DNA from: Candidatus Omnitrophota bacterium
GTDB taxonomy: Bacteria; Omnitrophota; Omnitrophia; Omnitrophales; Aquincolibacteriaceae
Direction: 5' to 3'
Length of the DNA: 64,000 bases
NCBI GenBank assembly: GCA_022711115.1
Contig: JAKLFP010000005.1
Span: forward strand, 8,572-72,571
A program made the translations under genes and the position numbers. Below the pieces are notes generated by a model. The model was not told the origin of the DNA. It did not search any database and was given only the letters and a program-made list of their open reading frames with translations. Each line of letters begins with the position of its first letter. The stretch's first letter is position 1. Below, piece by piece: positions 18,791-28,074 of this stretch.

Positions 18791-18852
18791 AAAAATAACA
18801 TGATATTTATTTATCAACCCCTGAATTTTGTTTTTAAAATAAAAATTTAATA

Positions 18853-19638
18853 ATGATTAAATTAATACGCCATAATCGTCACCTGATTGCATCGATGGTT
18901 GCGCGCAATCTAAAGGCCCGATTTGCCGGGACTGCCATGGGAATACTCTGGTCATTTTTTTTACCACTCGTCCAGGTTTGTATCTATACCTTTGTATTCT
19001 CTGTCATCATGCATGCCAAAGCCCTTGGAGAATACCAGCATGTGCCGTTTCCGATATGGCTCTGCGCAGGGTTACTTCCTTGGAACATGTTTAGCGAGGG
19101 TTTGGGGATGGCTGTAGGTTCCATTACCGGGAATTCTCACATTGTCAAAAAGACGATGTTTGATAAAAGGATATTACCGCTTTGTTCGGTTATTACCAGT
19201 CTTGTCAACCACGGTATCGCTCTTTCAGTCCTGCTGGTTTTTATGTTGTTTTTCGGAATCCGTCCGGGATGGACCCTTTTGTGTTTGCCCCTAGTGAGCG
19301 TGATCGTGTTCTTATGGACGCTAGCTTGGGCCTATATCGTTGCCGCTTTGAATGTTTTTTTGCGTGATATCAGTCAAATGGTGGGAGTTATTTTAAACTT
19401 TTGTTTTTTTGCAACGCCTATTGTTTATTCTAAGGATCTTGTGCCGCCGGTTTTTGGAATGATTGTCAAAGCAAACCCGTTTTTTTATCTTTTACAAGCG
19501 TACCGAGAGATTATTTTGCTGAACAAGCTGCCCAATATTTTTGAATTATGCGTCGTCACAGCAGGGATCACGCTTTTTCTGTCTGCTGCGGTTTATTTAT
19601 TTAAGATTTTATCGTACGATTTTGCCGACTCTCTTTAG
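18853..19638 (+). CDS. wzm: ABC-2 type polysaccharide export permease (Wzm/TagG family)
   Basis: 261 aa with 6 TM segments. The N-terminus NRHLIASMVARNLKARFAGTAMGILWSFFLPL is characteristic of Wzm/KpsM-type permeases. Confidence 0.8.
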   Translation: MIKLIRHNRHLIASMVARNLKARFAGTAMGILWSFFLPLVQVCIYTFVFSVIMHAKALGEYQHVPFPIWLCAGLLPWNMFSEGLGMAVGSITGNSHIVKKTMFDKRILPLCSVITSLVNHGIALSVLLVFMLFFGIRPGWTLLCLPLVSVIVFLWTLAWAYIVAALNVFLRDISQMVGVILNFCFFATPIVYSKDLVPPVFGMIVKANPFFYLLQAYREIILLNKLPNIFELCVVTAGITLFLSAAVYLFKILSYDFADSL

Positions 19639-19655
19639 ACACGAGAAAGATCGAA

Positions 19656-20978
19656 ATGGAAAATAAAGTACTGATCACGGTGGATGAGATATCGAAAAAA
19701 TACAAATTGTATAATAAGCCGTTTGACCGGTTGAAGGAATTGGCGGATCCCTTCCGGAGGCAATATCATCGTGATTTTTGGGCCCTTCGCGATATTTCTT
19801 TTGAAGTCCGCAGGGGAGAAAGCGTGGGTATTATTGGCGTGAATGGCAGCGGTAAATCCACCCTGCTTCAAATCATCTGCGGGATATTGAAACCCACGAA
19901 AGGTCAGGTGGAGGTCAACGGACGGATTTCAGCGCTCCTGGAGCTTGGGTCGGGATTCAATCCTGAATTGCCCGGCCGTGACAATGTCTATCTGCAAGGG
20001 GCTATGCTGGGATATTCGCCTCAAGAAATGAAAAGAAAATTTAACAAGATAGTAGAATTTGCGGATATCGGTGATTTTTTGGACCAGCCGGTTAAAACAT
20101 ACTCGTCCGGTATGATGATCCGTTTGGCATTCGCAGTGGCGATTCAGATTGATCCCGAAATTTTGATCGTCGACGAAGCCCTTTCCGTGGGAGATGTTTT
20201 TTTTCAGTCGAAATGTTTTCGAAGAATCGAAGAGCTATGCAACAAAGGTGTCACGATCTTATTTGTCTCGCATCAGCTAAGTACGATCCAATCCGTGTGC
20301 CAAAAGGCTATTCTGCTCGACAAGGGAAGGATTGTCTGCCAGGGAGATTCCAGAACCACAGTGGAGGCTTACATCCGTCATATTGCCACGTTGCATGGAG
20401 CCAGGGATATGGCAACGATCCAAGAAGATATACGGATTGAAAAAGAAGTCAAGGAAACGGTCGCCGCGGAAGATCATTCGAAAGACAACCTGGGCGATGA
20501 ACGTTTTTCAGCAACGAATCGTTATGGGACCGGCAAAGCGAGGCTTCTAAAATATGTCGTCAATGATTTGAATAATTGCAAGCAGATAGTGGTTCAATCC
20601 GCGGCTTCTTTAAAGATCCGGTTGACCTATAAAACACATGCGAGGATAGAAAAACCTTTTGTGGCTATTCGTATCAATACTGTTACAGGTGTTCAGATCT
20701 ATGGCAATAATACGACCTTTGCTAACGTTTCTTTGGAGTCTTGTTCAAAAGGAGATGAGATTGAAGTGGAGTTTGAGCAGTATTTGTACCTGAATCAAGG
20801 AAGCTATTTGCTGACATTCGCTTTTGCCGAATGGGGTGAACATGGGAAAGTAATCCATATCGATCGGTTTGTTGATGCGGTTCACATTAATGTAGCCGGC
20901 GGTCCTTATCCCTACGCCGGAATATGTAATTTTCAAGGGAAAGTAACCGTGCTTAATCATACGAAACAGGAGGCATGA
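19656..20978 (+). CDS. wzt: polysaccharide ABC exporter ATP-binding protein with C-terminal glycan-binding domain (Wzt/TagH family)
   Basis: Walker A GVNGSGKSTL, ABC signature YSSGMMIRLAFA and Walker B ILIVDEALSVGD, plus a C-terminal domain of about 190 aa as found in Wzt. Confidence 0.85.
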   Translation: MENKVLITVDEISKKYKLYNKPFDRLKELADPFRRQYHRDFWALRDISFEVRRGESVGIIGVNGSGKSTLLQIICGILKPTKGQVEVNGRISALLELGSGFNPELPGRDNVYLQGAMLGYSPQEMKRKFNKIVEFADIGDFLDQPVKTYSSGMMIRLAFAVAIQIDPEILIVDEALSVGDVFFQSKCFRRIEELCNKGVTILFVSHQLSTIQSVCQKAILLDKGRIVCQGDSRTTVEAYIRHIATLHGARDMATIQEDIRIEKEVKETVAAEDHSKDNLGDERFSATNRYGTGKARLLKYVVNDLNNCKQIVVQSAASLKIRLTYKTHARIEKPFVAIRINTVTGVQIYGNNTTFANVSLESCSKGDEIEVEFEQYLYLNQGSYLLTFAFAEWGEHGKVIHIDRFVDAVHINVAGGPYPYAGICNFQGKVTVLNHTKQEA

Positions 20979-21703
20979 TGGAAAAGGTGGTTTTTACAAG
21001 TATCCCTAAAACTGGAACGCATCTTTTATTGAGATATTTTTATTTTATTAACTTTAAACAAGCTGGACCCTATGCTGTCCCCTTTTTTGACAAAAAATTT
21101 TACGACTTTATCAGAAATTTAAAATCTGGCGAATACAGCGTGTGGCATTATCACTGGAGTGAAGAACTTGCCGCGATCACTCGTGACGTAGGAGCAAAAG
21201 TTGTTTTTCTCTATAGAGATCCCCGTGCCTGGGTCAGTTCTACGCTGCATTGGATCATGCGGTCACCGACAAACCCCCTTCACGAATTATTTGCGAACCA
21301 TTTTAAGACTGATCAGGAAAGAATTGAAGTATTGATCAAGGGTTCGAACAGCGATGCAATTTCCCCTCCAATTCAAAGTATGAATAATTTTTGGCATACC
21401 TACGAGGGATGGCTGTATGAGCCCAATGTTTATAAAGTACGTTTTGAGGACATTATAGGGCCTCGAGGCGGCGGAGATAAAGAAACGCAACTGCGTGTCT
21501 TGGGTGAATTAATGCAATTTACAGGGGTGAGGAATGAATCGGTCACTAAAGAAGAGATTATCGATCAGCTTTTTTCTTCTGAGGTCGAGACGTTCCGAAA
21601 GGGAACTATCGACTCATGGCGTGAGGATTTTACCCCCGAACTCCACGACTTGTTTTTGAAGGAGGCCGGTGAATTGCTTAAAGTCTGGGGATATGCCCCT
21701 TAA
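20975..21703 (+). CDS. sulfotransferase-domain protein (tandem paralog 1)
   Basis: 5'-PSB-like motif TSIPKTGTHLL and 3'-PB-like motif FLYRDPRAWVSS. ATGA overlap with the wzt stop. Confidence 0.65.
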   Translation: MMEKVVFTSIPKTGTHLLLRYFYFINFKQAGPYAVPFFDKKFYDFIRNLKSGEYSVWHYHWSEELAAITRDVGAKVVFLYRDPRAWVSSTLHWIMRSPTNPLHELFANHFKTDQERIEVLIKGSNSDAISPPIQSMNNFWHTYEGWLYEPNVYKVRFEDIIGPRGGGDKETQLRVLGELMQFTGVRNESVTKEEIIDQLFSSEVETFRKGTIDSWREDFTPELHDLFLKEAGELLKVWGYAP

Positions 21704-21820
21704 GGCATGTCAGTAAGACCAGAAAACGATTCATGGGCCTAGGCCACCAGCAAATTTCATGTGGCAACATGGAAATCTTAATTAACAGGGATCATATAAA
21801 AATCGTCTGGAAAGCAGCTG

Positions 21821-22618
21821 ATGGAAAAAGTGCTTTTTGTGAGTATCCCGAAATGCGGAACGCATCTTTTATGGCGATATTTCCCTTTTGTGGGTTTTAA
21901 GTATGAAGGCCCGTACGATGCCGCTTCATTCAAAATAGAATTTTATGATTATGTTCGAAATTTAAAAGAAGGGTTTTACAGCGCCTATCATTTTCTTTTG
22001 ACGGAAGAATTGTCAGAAATCATCAGATCGAATGGCATTAAAACCGTTTTTTTATATCGTGATCCCCGGGCACAAATTTGCTCAAATAAGAATTATATCC
22101 TAAAAACGCCTTCCCACATATTGCATCGGCATTTTACGGAAGATATGACCGATGATGAAGACAGAATCAAACTGCTCATTCAGGGGTTTGATCCCGACAA
22201 GGATAAGCTATACAAAGAGATTTACCAGAAGCCCATGTACCCTATTTCTTTTCGAAAAAAAGGTCCTGATTTTAAATTTCGAGGAGGGATTAACGCGCTT
22301 TATAGTACCTACGCCCCGTGGCTTGAAGCACCCAACTGCTATTGTGTCCGTTTTGAGGATTTGGTGGGTCCTAAGGGCGGAGGCAGCGCTGAGCGACAGT
22401 TGCAAGTCGTTCGTGAATTAATGGATTTCACGGGGACACCTCGTGGAAGATTAGATCCGAAAGAAGTCGCCAATATCCTTTACAATGAAAAGGCAGATAC
22501 GTTTCATAAAGGTCAAATTGATTCGTGGCGGGAAGAATTTACTCCGGAGTTGCACAAAATCTTTATGCGCGAAGCCGGTGAATTACTGAAATATTGGGGC
22601 TATCCAGAGGATGTTTGA
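21821..22618 (+). CDS. sulfotransferase-domain protein (tandem paralog 2)
   Basis: VSIPKCGTHLL and FLYRDPRAQICS motifs. Its C-terminus (DSWREEFTPELHKIFMREAGELLKYWGY) is nearly identical to that of paralog 1. Confidence 0.65.
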   Translation: MEKVLFVSIPKCGTHLLWRYFPFVGFKYEGPYDAASFKIEFYDYVRNLKEGFYSAYHFLLTEELSEIIRSNGIKTVFLYRDPRAQICSNKNYILKTPSHILHRHFTEDMTDDEDRIKLLIQGFDPDKDKLYKEIYQKPMYPISFRKKGPDFKFRGGINALYSTYAPWLEAPNCYCVRFEDLVGPKGGGSAERQLQVVRELMDFTGTPRGRLDPKEVANILYNEKADTFHKGQIDSWREEFTPELHKIFMREAGELLKYWGYPEDV

Positions 22619-22734
22619 GAGTTTTGAGGCCGAAATTTCGGGGGTTTTCTGAGTGAAAATTATCATAAAGTATGTTGACGAAATTTTAAAAAGAAAACTA
22701 TCTGTTTGAGCTTAACGAAGCGGGGAACCATCCA

Positions 22735-24858
22735 GTGATTTCCGGAAATTTAGATTTTTTAAAGGCATTAAAACGGCAAGAAAAATGGTTGTCAGGGATT
22801 GTCTTATGCGGGGTCATTTTTTTAATTTGGTCCTGGGTACATAGCCGTACTTCGATGGTCGCTTGGCAAACACCGCTGCGTTATGAAGGGGGGAAAGATG
22901 TTGCATTCGTTCTAGCTTATGCAAAGGCATTCATGGATGGTGATATTTTCCCTGTTTTGTCTAAGTGGGTGTCGCATCTGAATGCCCCTTTTTCTGCCAA
23001 TTGGAACGACTATCCTGTAACGGATGAATTTATCTACGCAGCCATGGGCTGGATTGGTAAGGGGATAGGCCTTTTCCCAGCGGCTAATCTTATGGTTCTT
23101 TTGGCGCATTTATTGACGGGGCTATCCTTCTACTACGTGGGCAGAAAATTAAAATATCGTCTTGCCTTTGTCTTCGCGGGCGCCGTTCTGTTTACTTTTT
23201 TCCCTTATAGTTTCCCACACAATTTAGTAAATATTATGTATTCCTATTACGGGCATATACCGTTAATGTTGCTAGTGAGCTGGTGGGCCTTTTCATCGAC
23301 GACGCCCCAAATTAAGAGCCGAAAATGGTCCATAGCGGTTGTCATTGCTGCGATCTCGGGCACGTTTAATGTATACTACACAGGAATGTTTCTGCAGTTT
23401 CTCGGATTTACGGTGTTGCTGCATCTTGCCAGGAAGGAGTATCGTCTCATCACCTTTCCCCTATTGTTGATCGGAGTCACTGTGGCTAGTTTTCTAATTA
23501 TGAATGCTGATACTCTAAGCTATACATGGTTTCACGGACAAAACCCTCAAGCCATTGTTCGTAACTTGACATCTTTGGATAAATTTGCCTTAAGGATTCC
23601 CTCACTGGTATTTCCTCAAGATCATCACCGTTGGCATGCTTGGGCTGAATACGGGCAGAGCCATTACTTTATTCCCACAATGATAGAAGGGGAAAAAAAG
23701 GGGGGGTATCTTGGTTTGGTTGGGTTGGCTGGATTGATGTGGCTGACGGGAACAAGTTTGTTTCGCCTCCTCCAAGGTAAGTTGAACCTGATTCCTATAC
23801 ATGCATGGCAAATCCTTTGGGTTTTGCTGTTTTCTCTTGCGGGTGGCATTAATCTTCTTTTAGGGACATTCGGATTTGTTTTATTTCGCTGTACGTTTCG
23901 GTATGGCCTTTTCATATTCGCTCTTGTTTTATTATTCTTAGTACGCCAACTCTCTCGGAAATGTTCCCCCAAATGGACTATACCCTTAGCATGTGGAATT
24001 ATCGTTATTGGCTTATGGGATCAATTACCTCCTAAAGATTCACCGGCCGAAATTCAACGCATAGCTAATTTTATGAAATCTGAACGTAATTTTTCAAAAG
24101 AATTAGAAGCGCAATTACCTCAGGATTCGATGGTATTCCAATTGCCTGTTGTCGCCTTTCCAGAGACTCGCCCCATATATCAGATGACTGATTATGAGCA
24201 TTTTAGACCATATTTGTTTACACGACACCTGCATTACTCTTATGGTACTAATAAGGGCCGGCGTGATGCCGATTGGCAAGTGGTGGTCAATAAATTAACT
24301 CCAGCAGATATGATTGCTAAACTAGAATCTTATGGATTTGGCGCGATTATCATTAACCGCAAGGGATATGAAGACAAAGCTGTACAGTTACTTGAGGGCA
24401 TAGTCGCTACGGGTCGGTCCATCATTGCGGATAACGGTGAATTGGTTGCGATCAAATTAAAGCCTATGGCAAAGCCGATTCTTCCAGAGATACCCCCGTT
24501 TTATAGCACTGGCTGGTCGTTAGATGAGGGCACTCACAGATGGGCCATCTCAAGGCATGCCGAAATCAACATTTTTAATAATGACAAAAAACCAAAGCAG
24601 GTAACTATAAAATTCGCCTTAATCACTTTAAAACCGAGAAATGTACGAATCGGAATTAATGGTACAACATTACAAACTGCCTCGCTAGACAACACTAATG
24701 CAAAGCCATATTTTGAATTGGTATCCGTAACCTTGAATCCTGGTGGAAATTCCTTGTTTATTGATACAGATGTCCCTCCTCAATATCCGGGGAATAATGA
24801 TTCGCGTAAAATATCCTTTGGAATTTCTGGTTTTATGATTAAAGAGTACCAAACATGA
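22735..24858 (+). CDS. large polytopic membrane protein with C-terminal soluble domain (GT-C/YfhO-like architecture), function unknown
   Basis: 707 aa with about 12 TM segments in the first roughly 430 aa, then a soluble domain of about 270 aa. Putative GTG start. Confidence 0.5.
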   Translation: MISGNLDFLKALKRQEKWLSGIVLCGVIFLIWSWVHSRTSMVAWQTPLRYEGGKDVAFVLAYAKAFMDGDIFPVLSKWVSHLNAPFSANWNDYPVTDEFIYAAMGWIGKGIGLFPAANLMVLLAHLLTGLSFYYVGRKLKYRLAFVFAGAVLFTFFPYSFPHNLVNIMYSYYGHIPLMLLVSWWAFSSTTPQIKSRKWSIAVVIAAISGTFNVYYTGMFLQFLGFTVLLHLARKEYRLITFPLLLIGVTVASFLIMNADTLSYTWFHGQNPQAIVRNLTSLDKFALRIPSLVFPQDHHRWHAWAEYGQSHYFIPTMIEGEKKGGYLGLVGLAGLMWLTGTSLFRLLQGKLNLIPIHAWQILWVLLFSLAGGINLLLGTFGFVLFRCTFRYGLFIFALVLLFLVRQLSRKCSPKWTIPLACGIIVIGLWDQLPPKDSPAEIQRIANFMKSERNFSKELEAQLPQDSMVFQLPVVAFPETRPIYQMTDYEHFRPYLFTRHLHYSYGTNKGRRDADWQVVVNKLTPADMIAKLESYGFGAIIINRKGYEDKAVQLLEGIVATGRSIIADNGELVAIKLKPMAKPILPEIPPFYSTGWSLDEGTHRWAISRHAEINIFNNDKKPKQVTIKFALITLKPRNVRIGINGTTLQTASLDNTNAKPYFELVSVTLNPGGNSLFIDTDVPPQYPGNNDSRKISFGISGFMIKEYQT

Positions 24859-25051
24859 GAAGATGGAAAACCGTAATATCAATCAAAAATAATTGAAGCT
24901 TCTGTAATGCTCCCCGTTAAGCAAGAGTGAAAAACTGTAGAACCGAGCTCGTGTTTTGGTGGGGCTATAAATGTGTAATTGATGAATAAACATATAGCGG
25001 CAAAAAAAATAATCCTAATAATTTTTTTGAATATAGCATTAATATTGGGTA

Positions 25052-25981
25052 TTGGGTATTGGGGAAGTTATAGCCCGCATCACCTATGTGAAACCATGGT
25101 ATTTGAAATTAATTGAAGAACAAAAAGCCAATTATTTAAGAATCAAACCGCGCATCAATGCATTAGGTTTGAGGGGCGGAGATTACCAAGCAACAAAAGC
25201 ACCGAATTGTATGCGAGTCCTTGTTTTGGGAGATTCTTTTACTTTTGGTTCGGGAGTCGGCGATGATGCGGCGATCTTTCCGGAAGTGTTGGAAAATAAA
25301 CTCAGCATGGAATTTCTGCGGCAAGGGGAAAAAATCGAAATTTTAAATGGCGGTATTCCCGGAAGTCTTACGAGCGATTGGGTGGACCTTTTGTTAAAAC
25401 TAAAAGACCCTTTTAAGCCCGATATCATTTTGGTGGTATTTTTTATGCGCGATGGAACAAAAACCAGTTCCATGGGAAGCTTTTTTTCACCCATACGGGA
25501 AGAAATGAAGTTGCGGGACAAGCAATCTTTTCTATACCAGCACCTGTTTTTTTTCAGATTCATTCAGGAATACCGAGACCGTGTCTGGTTATCCAAAAAA
25601 TATTCTACCGCATTGCTTGAGTCTTATTTTGGGGATACCACGCAAACAGAGGAATGGCAAAATGCGCAAAGAAATATTTTGAAGATTAAGAAGCTCGGAG
25701 ATGAAATGAACGCCAAGGTGGCGCTGGTGGTTTTTCCAATACTTGTTGAATTAAATCGAAATTATCCTTTCAAAGACATTGATCGAGCTGTTAGTGAATT
25801 TGGGATCCGGCATCATATTCCTGTCCATAGTCTTTTGCCTGCTTTTATGGGGAAAAATGGAGCTCAATTATGGGTATCTCATTACGATCAACATCCCAAT
25901 GCGCAGGCGCATTTGATCGCAGCGGATTCTATTTTACCCTTCTTGAGAGAATTGCTAGTATCAACGGGCGCTGGAAATTAA
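25052..25981 (+). CDS. SGNH/GDSL-family hydrolase (possible glycan O-acyl esterase/transferase)
   Basis: GDS(F) block VLVLGDSFTFGSG and downstream SGNH-like blocks (NGGIPG, DQHPN). The ORF track starts at a TTG (25052); the ATG at 25211 (MRVLVLGDSF) is an alternative start. Confidence 0.55.
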   Translation: MGIGEVIARITYVKPWYLKLIEEQKANYLRIKPRINALGLRGGDYQATKAPNCMRVLVLGDSFTFGSGVGDDAAIFPEVLENKLSMEFLRQGEKIEILNGGIPGSLTSDWVDLLLKLKDPFKPDIILVVFFMRDGTKTSSMGSFFSPIREEMKLRDKQSFLYQHLFFFRFIQEYRDRVWLSKKYSTALLESYFGDTTQTEEWQNAQRNILKIKKLGDEMNAKVALVVFPILVELNRNYPFKDIDRAVSEFGIRHHIPVHSLLPAFMGKNGAQLWVSHYDQHPNAQAHLIAADSILPFLRELLVSTGAGN

Positions 25982-26220
25982 AATAGTGTCAATATTCATT
26001 TGAGATTGAACGAGCTAACCAAAGAAACCGGAACATACTCATTCTTCGCTTTTCCCGTTCTTTATCATGGTTTTTTCCCGATGATTCAAATGTATGGAGT
26101 CATGAGATTCAGAGCGATCAGCCCTTGGACCAGTAACTTTTTGAGAAAGATCAAAACTCACCACATATTACAAAGATCAACCGCTGAGATTTTAAAAATG
26201 AAATTATCAGGATTGAAATC

Positions 26221-28074
26221 ATGAAAATCCTTTTGATCAACCCGCCGGGGTGGCAGGACGGAAGTGTCAGTCTTGGGCTGGCGTATCTTTCAGGCGCTTT
26301 GCTTCAAGGAGGTCACGAGGTCAAAATTCTTGATTTCACCGGGAAAAACACAACGCCGGAAGCCATTGCCGAGATGGCAAGAGAGTGGGAGCCTGAGTTC
26401 ATTGGCTTACATATAAAGACAGCACAGGCTAATACCGCATCTAAAATTTCCAAGGCTATAAAGAAAATTTTTCCTCATGCGCTTCATGTGGCAGGGGGGC
26501 CGCATGTGACGCTTTGTTATGAAAAATACCTGAAGGAGAATCCGGAGTTTGAATATGGATTCTCGGGAGAGGCCGATCGCAGTTTTCCCGAGTTTTGCGA
26601 AAGGATTCAGAAAAAGGAATCTGTTGAAAGCCTGGGAGGACTGATCTTCCGGCGAAACGGAAAAATCATTCTAAACACACCGGAACCGATTCTTGATCTT
26701 GATCATTTGCCGCAGCCCTGTTTTGATGTTATGGAAGGTTTCCATTGGGCTGGATTTCGTTACCCTCTTTTAACAAGCCGCGGATGTTCCTATCAGTGTA
26801 ATTTTTGTTCCGTTCCTCGTTTATCAGGAAAAAAATTTCGTTATCGATCACCGCAAAATTGCATCGAAGAATTAGCTCGCGTTAAAGCTGACAAAGGGAT
26901 CCAATCGTTCGAAATTCTCGATGACAATTTTACGTTTTTGATGGATCGCGCAAAAGATTTCTGTCGCAAGTTGATCAAGGCCGATCTCCATCTCTCATGG
27001 TATTGCCATAACGGTATCCGTGCCGACAGGTTTGACGATGAACTTGCCGGACTCATGAAAGAAGCGGGGTGCACGAGCGTTGCTTTTGGTATTGAATCGG
27101 GTGATGAGGCCGTGTTCCGCAGGATCAATAAAGGCGAAAAACTGGAGCAGATTGTACAGGCGATTGCCACGGCCCGAAAGGCAGGGCTTCAGACGGTCGG
27201 ATATTTTATTATCGGGCTTCCGGGGGATAGTTTGCAGGCGGTGAAGAGAACGATCGCTTTCCAGAAAACTCTCAAGCTGGACCATTATATCTATGGCATT
27301 TTTATACCTTACCCCGGGACCAAGGGAGAAGAGGATGTCTTAAGGGAAGGCAGAATCCTTCGGGATATTAGGGAAACAAGCCATTTTTCTGACCGGCCAC
27401 AAGTTCCCATCGAATACCCTTATTTTACAAAAGAAGAGATAGAAGAGGCTTACTATTTGGCATCTGCGGGGGAGTTGCTTGATCTTATCGAAACATGGAA
27501 GATCAACGGTTCCTTGAAAAATGTTATTTTTGTTGAAATGAATCCGCCGACCTATGCCTTTCGCAGGTTTTCTCGATGGGTGGAGGGAGGGATGGATCTT
27601 TTGATCAATGCGATTTTTGACGGCTGTTTTGAGCTTGATAAAAAAGAAGGATCGGTGCGGCAGGTCTATTCCTACCAACATTATTTGTATCGCTGGCGGA
27701 TGATTCGAGAACTCGTCAGTCATTTTTGGCTTCTTCGGAAAAAAAGATACCAATTGGCTTTTTTCCCGTTCAAAAGAAGAAAATCCGTCCTTTTATTTTT
27801 TTGGGCGATTGTGGGTGCGAAACATACTGTGCTTTATGATTTTGAGGGGAGCCGTTTTGTGGAAATCTCTCTGCGAAGCCCCCATTTCCGGTCTTTTTTG
27901 AAAAGATACATAAAAAAGCAAATCCCAAACATTCCCTGGATATTGCTCGACGGCATCAGCGGTATCTTTGAAGGCGTCCTTCAAAGGATCATTCATGCCG
28001 GTATTTGTTGTTATCTCTATTTCCGAAAGCCTTTTTCATCGGAAGCTCTTCAAAAGGAAAACGGAGAAAAATGA
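26221..28074 (+). CDS. B12-binding-domain radical SAM protein (copy 2) with divergent C-terminal extension
   Basis: Paralog of 10594-12321 with the same order of B12-binding, radical SAM (CSYQCNFC) and SAM motifs. About 200 aa of extra hydrophobic/basic C-terminal tail. Confidence 0.8.
   Translation: MKILLINPPGWQDGSVSLGLAYLSGALLQGGHEVKILDFTGKNTTPEAIAEMAREWEPEFIGLHIKTAQANTASKISKAIKKIFPHALHVAGGPHVTLCYEKYLKENPEFEYGFSGEADRSFPEFCERIQKKESVESLGGLIFRRNGKIILNTPEPILDLDHLPQPCFDVMEGFHWAGFRYPLLTSRGCSYQCNFCSVPRLSGKKFRYRSPQNCIEELARVKADKGIQSFEILDDNFTFLMDRAKDFCRKLIKADLHLSWYCHNGIRADRFDDELAGLMKEAGCTSVAFGIESGDEAVFRRINKGEKLEQIVQAIATARKAGLQTVGYFIIGLPGDSLQAVKRTIAFQKTLKLDHYIYGIFIPYPGTKGEEDVLREGRILRDIRETSHFSDRPQVPIEYPYFTKEEIEEAYYLASAGELLDLIETWKINGSLKNVIFVEMNPPTYAFRRFSRWVEGGMDLLINAIFDGCFELDKKEGSVRQVYSYQHYLYRWRMIRELVSHFWLLRKKRYQLAFFPFKRRKSVLLFFWAIVGAKHTVLYDFEGSRFVEISLRSPHFRSFLKRYIKKQIPNIPWILLDGISGIFEGVLQRIIHAGICCYLYFRKPFSSEALQKENGEK

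Noticed and set aside
22735-24858. Possibility that the 707-aa membrane protein is the missing exosortase
   Set aside because: Exosortases are about 280-520 aa with 8 TM segments and conserved Cys/Arg/His motifs that I do not see here; size and topology do not fit.
28005-28070. Longer ORF-track start for GT1 copy 2
   Set aside because: The conserved MKILH(V/I)CDWY N-terminus shared with copy 1 begins at 28071, where the ATG overlaps the upstream stop. The extra 22 codons are read-through of the rSAM 3' end.
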